A DNA stretch of 64,000 nucleotides. Source: an uncultured Alphaproteobacteria bacterium (GTDB lineage Bacteria; Pseudomonadota; Alphaproteobacteria; Rhizobiales; Hyphomicrobiaceae). Made by a program: the position numbers and the translations under genes. The notes under the pieces were generated by a model, which saw only the letters and a list, made by a program, of their open reading frames with translations, had not been told where the DNA came from and did not search any database. Below, one piece after another: positions 59,811-64,000 of the stretch; position 1 is the stretch's first letter; each line of letters starts with the position of its first letter. The stretch is from assembly GCA_963756735.1 (NCBI GenBank), contig CAVWOY010000007.1, positions 3,520-67,519 on the forward strand, read 5' to 3'.

Positions 59811-59930
59811 TCACAGCAGCACGCTGCGGATGACGAGGCCGACGGCGGCGACGGCGAGAACGCCCGCCAGCCACAGCGCGACGAACCACAGCAGGCGGCG
59901 GGAGAGACGCGGCTCGGGCGCGCCCGCCAT
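59811..59930 (-). CDS. 39-aa DUF2474-like small membrane protein (cyd-operon accessory peptide)
   Basis: Below the ORF-track cut-off. ATG overlaps the cydB stop (TGATG). MAGAPEPRLSRRLLWFVALWLAGVLAVAAVGLVIRSVLL. Confidence 0.55.
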   Translation of the reverse strand: MAGAPEPRLSRRLLWFVALWLAGVLAVAAVGLVIRSVLL

Positions 59931-60933
59931 CAGTGGTAGCCCGCCTTCGGGTCGACCTTGCCGCGGAACACCCAGTAGGCGAGCGCGGTGTAGCCGAGGA
60001 TCAGCGGGATCAGCACACGGCGCCGACCAGCAGGAAGCTCAAGCTGTTGTCGGGCGCGGCCGCGTGCCAGATGGTGATCGAGGGCGGCAGGATGTAGGGG
60101 TAGAAGCTGATGCCGATGCCGATGAAGGACAGCACGAACAGGGCGATGGCAGCGAGGAACGGCATCGCATCGCGCTCCCTGGCCAGAGCCCCCAGAACAG
60201 GGCGAGCGCGGCGAGGGCCACGAAGATCGGCACGGGGGCGGAGTAGATCACCGCCGGCCAGGCGAACCAGCGCTGCATGAAGACAGGATCGAGGAACGGC
60301 GTGATCAGGCTGACGAGGCCGATGAGCGCCAGCGTCGCCAGCGCCGGTGATCCAGGCGAAGCGGCGTGCACTGGCCTGCAGCTCGTCCGTGGTCTTGAGG
60401 ATCAGCCAGGTGGCGCCCAGCAGCGCGTAGCCCACCACCAGGGCGGCGCCCGGTGAGCAGGCTGAACCAGGTGAGCCAGTCCCACCAGCCCCCGGCATAG
60501 GCGCGGTTGGCGACCGGGATGCCCTGCACCAGGGCGCCGAGCGCGATGCCTTGTGATAGTGCGGCGACCGCCGAGCCGCCCGCGAACGCCCAGTCCCACA
60601 CGGGCTTCCGCGCACCGTGCGCCAGCGGAACTCGAAGGCGACGCCGCGGAAGACGAGGCCGAGCAGCATCAGCGTGATCGGCACGTAGAGCGCCGGCATC
60701 ACGACGGCGTAGGCCAGGGGGAACGCGGCCATCAGGCCGCCGCCGCCCAGGACCAGCCAGGTCTCGTTGCCGTCCCAGACGGGGGCCACCGAGTTCATGG
60801 CCACGTCGCGCTCGTGGTCGTCGGCCAGGAACGGGAACAGGATGCCGATGCCGAGATCGAAGCCGTCGAACAGCACGTAGGCCAGCACGGCGAAGGCGAT
60901 CAGTCCGGCCCAGATGAAGGGGAGATCGATCAT
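59930..60933 (-). pseudogene. cydB: Cytochrome bd-type quinol oxidase subunit II; frame broken about 5 times (pseudogene or low-quality sequence); no cydA upstream
   Basis: MIDLPFIWAGLIAFAVLAYVLFDGFDLGIGILFPF..NSVAPVWDGNETWLVLGGG..GVAFEFRW, then segments in ORFs 60305, 60010 and 60039. Terminal VLIPLILGYTALAYWVFRGKVDPKAGYH. Confidence 0.75.
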
Positions 60934-60985
60934 GGCCGATCCTAGCACGCGTGCCTGGCTGCGTTGAGGGCCTTGGGCGCTGCCT

Positions 60986-62773
60986 CTAGATCGGCCAGAC
61001 CCACGGCACCATCACGATGGCGATGGCATAGATCAGCACCGTCAGCGGTGCGCCGACCTTGAAGAAGTCGGAGAACTGGTACTTGCCCGGCCCGTAGACC
61101 ATGAGGCACGAGGGCTCGAGCGGCGTCAGGTAGGAGCAGCTCGCGGCCACCGCCACCATCATGGCGAAGGCGCGCGGATCGACGCCGAGCTGCAGGCCGG
61201 TCTGCATGGCGATCGGCAACACCACCAGCGCGGCGGCCTGGTTCGACATGGGCTGGGTGAGCGCCACGGTCAGGATGAAGAAGCAGCTGAGCAGGGCGTA
61301 GCGGCTGTCGGCGCCCACGATGGCGATGAGCTGCTGCGCGAGGATACTTGCCCGCGCCGCTCGCCTCCATGGCCGCGCCCAGCGACAGCAGCGAGCCGAT
61401 CAGGATCAGCGCCTTCCATTCGACCTGCCGGTAGGCCTCCTCGGGCGAGAGGCAGCGCGTCAGCCAGCATCAGGAACGCGCCGCCCAGCATGGCCACCGG
61501 CAGCGCGGCGAGCTTGAAGGTCGCGGCCACGATCGCCAGCGCGAAGATGGCCGCGGCGAGCGGCGCGCGGCGAGCGATTGAGCCGCCCCTGCTCCACGCC
61601 GCCGAAGATGTTGAACAGGTTGCCCTGCTCCAGCGCCTTGACGTCCTCGGGCGTGCCCTGCAGCAGCAGCACGTCGCCCATGCGCAGGCGCGCCGAGCTG
61701 ATGGTCTCGGGCACCCGGCCCGCGCGATGGATGGCCAGCACCTGCAACCCGTAGCGCTCCTTGAAGCCCAGGCTTCTCAGGCTGTAGCCGATCAGCGGCG
61801 AGCGCGGCAGCAGCACGCCCTCCACGATGGTGGGCTTCTCCTTTTCTTCCTTCGTCTCGTCCTCGTCGGCCAGGTGCACATCGGCCTTGAAGTCGAGGCC
61901 CTCGATGTCCTTGATCTTGAGGAGGTCCGCGCGCAGGCCCTCGATCAGCAGCTCGTCGCCCGCCTGCAGCTCGATCTCGGCGAGCCGCTTCTCGCCGCGA
62001 TGGTCTCGCCGCCGCGCATCAGCTTGACGACCGACAGCCCGGCGCCGGCCGCGATCTTGGCGGCCTTCGAGCGATCTTGCCGACGAGCGGCCCGTCCTCG
62101 ATCACCACGACATCGGCCTGGTACTTGCGCTCGCCGATCGTCTCCTCCGGCTTCTGGTCCTCGCGCTGCGGCAGCAGGCGCACGCCGATGAGCCAGACAT
62201 AGAGGATGCCGACGATGGCGATGGGAATGCCGACCGGCGCCAGCTCGAACATGCCCATGGGCGGCTGCTGGTAGCGGGTGAGCAGATCGCTGACGACCAG
62301 GTTGGTCGAGGTGCTGATGAGCGTGACCGAGCTGGTCAGGATCGACGCGAAGGCGAGCGGCAGCAGGAACCGCGACGGGCTCGCGCCGATCTTGGCGGCG
62401 TAGCCGATCACCAGCGGCACGAAGAACGCGGTCGCCGCCGTGTTGCTCATGAAGGCGGAGACGACGGCCACCGAGACCATGATGACCGGCAGGAAGATCG
62501 CCGGGTTGCGCCCGGCCAGGTCGAACACGTAGCGGCCGGCGATCTCCACCACGCCGGTCTGGATCAGGCCGGCCGACATGATCAGCAGGCCCAGGATCAT
62601 GATCACGGTGTCGCTGCCGAAGCCGGCGAAGGCCTTGTCGGCGGCAGCAGTCCGGTGGCGATGACGGCCAGCATCACGCCCAGCGCGACGACGTCGGCCG
62701 GCATGCGGTCCCAGGCGAACAGCAGGACGGCGCCGCCGAGAATCGCCAGGCAGATCGCAATGTCAGGTGTCAT
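60986..62773 (-). pseudogene. SLC13/DASS-type permease with TrkA-C domains; at least 5 frame breaks
   Basis: MTPDIAICLAILGGAVLLFAWDRMPADVVAL (start 62773); GSDTVIMILGLLIMSAGL..; TrkA-C-like GVLLPRSPLIGYSLRSLGFKERYGLQVLAIHRAG; C-terminus ..CSYLTPLEPSCLMVYGPGKYQFSDFFKVG. Confidence 0.75.
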
Positions 62774-62859
62774 GGGTGCCCTTGCCCTCGCAGCAGCAAA
62801 CGACGCCGACACGCGCCGGGTTCCGGCGCCCACGCCAGGCGAGCCCGACGCGCTAGTCC

Positions 62860-63604
62860 CTAGCCGCTAGCCCGCGGTAAACCGCGCATGCGGCGCTCGG
62901 CGGCTTCGCGCGTCCACAGCTCCCACGGCCGATGCACCTGGCCTTCGGTGGAGGCGGCGCAGGCGGCGGCCTCCTCGGCGGTCAGCGCCGTGATCGGACC
63001 AAGGCGCATGGCCTCGGACTGGTAGCGGGCGTTCAGCTCGGCATAGACGGCGCGGTAGACGACGAGCGGCAGCGACGGCGCCGTCACGGTCGAGCCGTGC
63101 CCGCGCATGACGACGATGTTGCTGTTGGCGAGCGGACGTGGCGAGCGCGCGGCCGAGCTCCGGCGAGCGGATCAGCAGGTCGGTCGCGGGACCGCCCGCG
63201 TCGCGGATCTCGAACAGCGGGCGCCGCGGTGCCGATGAAGCCCGCCATGTGCAACACCGCGCGCAGGCGATGCCGCGCCGAGATGGAGAACGGCACGATC
63301 GAATGCGAATGGCTGTGCACGACCGCCATGACATCGGGGCGCGCCGCGTAGATCTCGCTGTGAATGAAGCGCTCGAGATAGGGGCGCGGGCCCTTGCGGA
63401 TCGACGGGCGACGCCGTCGAGGTTGAATTCGAGGATGTCGCCGGCGGTGACGCTGCCGGGCGCCATGTTGCGCGCCAGCAGGAAGCGGTCGGGCAGCTTG
63501 TCGTGGCGGACGCTGACGTGCCCGAATGCATCGACCACGCCGTGGTCGTAGAGGATGTGGTTGGCCGCGACGAGATCGCGGAGCAGGGCGGCGTCAGCGG
63601 TCAT
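62860..63604 (-). pseudogene. Class II aldolase/adducin family protein; at least 4 frame breaks
   Basis: MTADAALLRDLVAANHILYDHGVVDAFGHVSVRH.. ; ..PDVMAVVHSHSHSIVPFS.. ; ..MRGHGSTVTAPSLPLVVYRAVYAE.., spread over three frames. Confidence 0.75.
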
Positions 63605-64000
63605 GGTGGCCTCTCAATTGCGGGCGGCGTGATGCCTGCGACCTTGGCGATCTCGGCGCTGCGGGCTGCTTCCGCGGCGAGGAAGCTCGCGAAGGCGGCG
63701 GCCGTCTCGGTCACCGGCTCGGCGCCGAGCGCCGTCAGGCTGCTGCACCAGCTCGGGATGCTTGGAGGCTGCCTGCACGGCGGCATTGATCTGGGCGACG
63801 AGGTCGGGCGCCATGCCCTTCGGGCCCCACAGGGCGTACCAGAGCGTGAAGTTCAGCCCCGGGAAGCCGGCCTCGGCGACGGTCGGCACCGCCGGCAGCT
63901 GCGGCGCGCGCTGCTCGGACATGACCGCGAAGGCGCGCAGGCTGCCTGCCTGGATCTGCTGCAGGGCGCTGCCGAGCGGCGCGACCATCAGCGTCGTCTG
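63601..64000 (-). CDS. Bug/TctC-family tripartite tricarboxylate transporter substrate-binding protein, C-terminal part (5' end off window); one frame break near 63780
   Basis: ..GSLRAFAVMSEQRAPQLPAVPTVAEAGFPGLNFTLWYALWGPKGMAPDLV.. joins ..LTALGAEPVTETAAAFASFLAAEAARSAEIAKVAGI. Confidence 0.75.

Overview
High-GC chromosomal DNA. It is probably from an alphaproteobacterium of the Hyphomicrobiales type; that call is an inference from the DUF1192 and DUF2793 proteins, a Bug/TctC binding protein and the REP-like palindrome families. I found no rRNA, tRNA or CRISPR array.

Most of the window is ordinary metabolic and transport cargo:
- a CoxL-like molybdo-hydroxylase
- a periplasmic amidohydrolase / YtkA-like / di-haem peroxidase trio
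- a three-subunit Mo-bisPGD oxidoreductase
- a multi-PAS hybrid histidine kinase
- a quinone oxidoreductase, a class III aminotransferase and CysK
- DMT exporters, an enolase-superfamily enzyme, an acyl-CoA ligase, amidohydrolases and an SLC13 permease

Four regions stand out:
1. 1.3-7.5 kb is a visibly A/T-richer, decayed integrative-element mosaic. It holds IS1-like relics, an orphan membrane protein, an SF2-helicase/primase-like fusion and two P4-type integrase relics. It sits between a 3'-truncated GST gene and a 5'-truncated ndh gene.
2. 23.6-26.4 kb is an isolated three-gene tail-fibre-like module (DUF2793 fibre, LamG protein, 58-aa ORF) with no other phage genes nearby.
3. 51.6-58.4 kb is my best candidate for an undescribed system. 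It encodes a protein of about 1,930 aa that combines a YkuD-like signature, a peptidoglycan-binding repeat, a caspase (C14) His/Cys domain, one TM helix, a beta-propeller-like region and a helical tail. A TPR protein follows 55 nt downstream, and a bactofilin gene is transcribed divergently.
4. 59.8-61.0 kb holds a cydB-DUF2474 pair with no cydA.

Caveat: about 30 conserved genes show reading-frame breaks, and several map to short homopolymer runs. Many of the apparent pseudogenes may therefore be sequence-quality artefacts. The truncations and IS/integrase relics are structural and should not be affected. Start codons are often uncertain. The ORF track also counts GTG and TTG as starts, and it contains many long antisense shadow ORFs, which I rejected.
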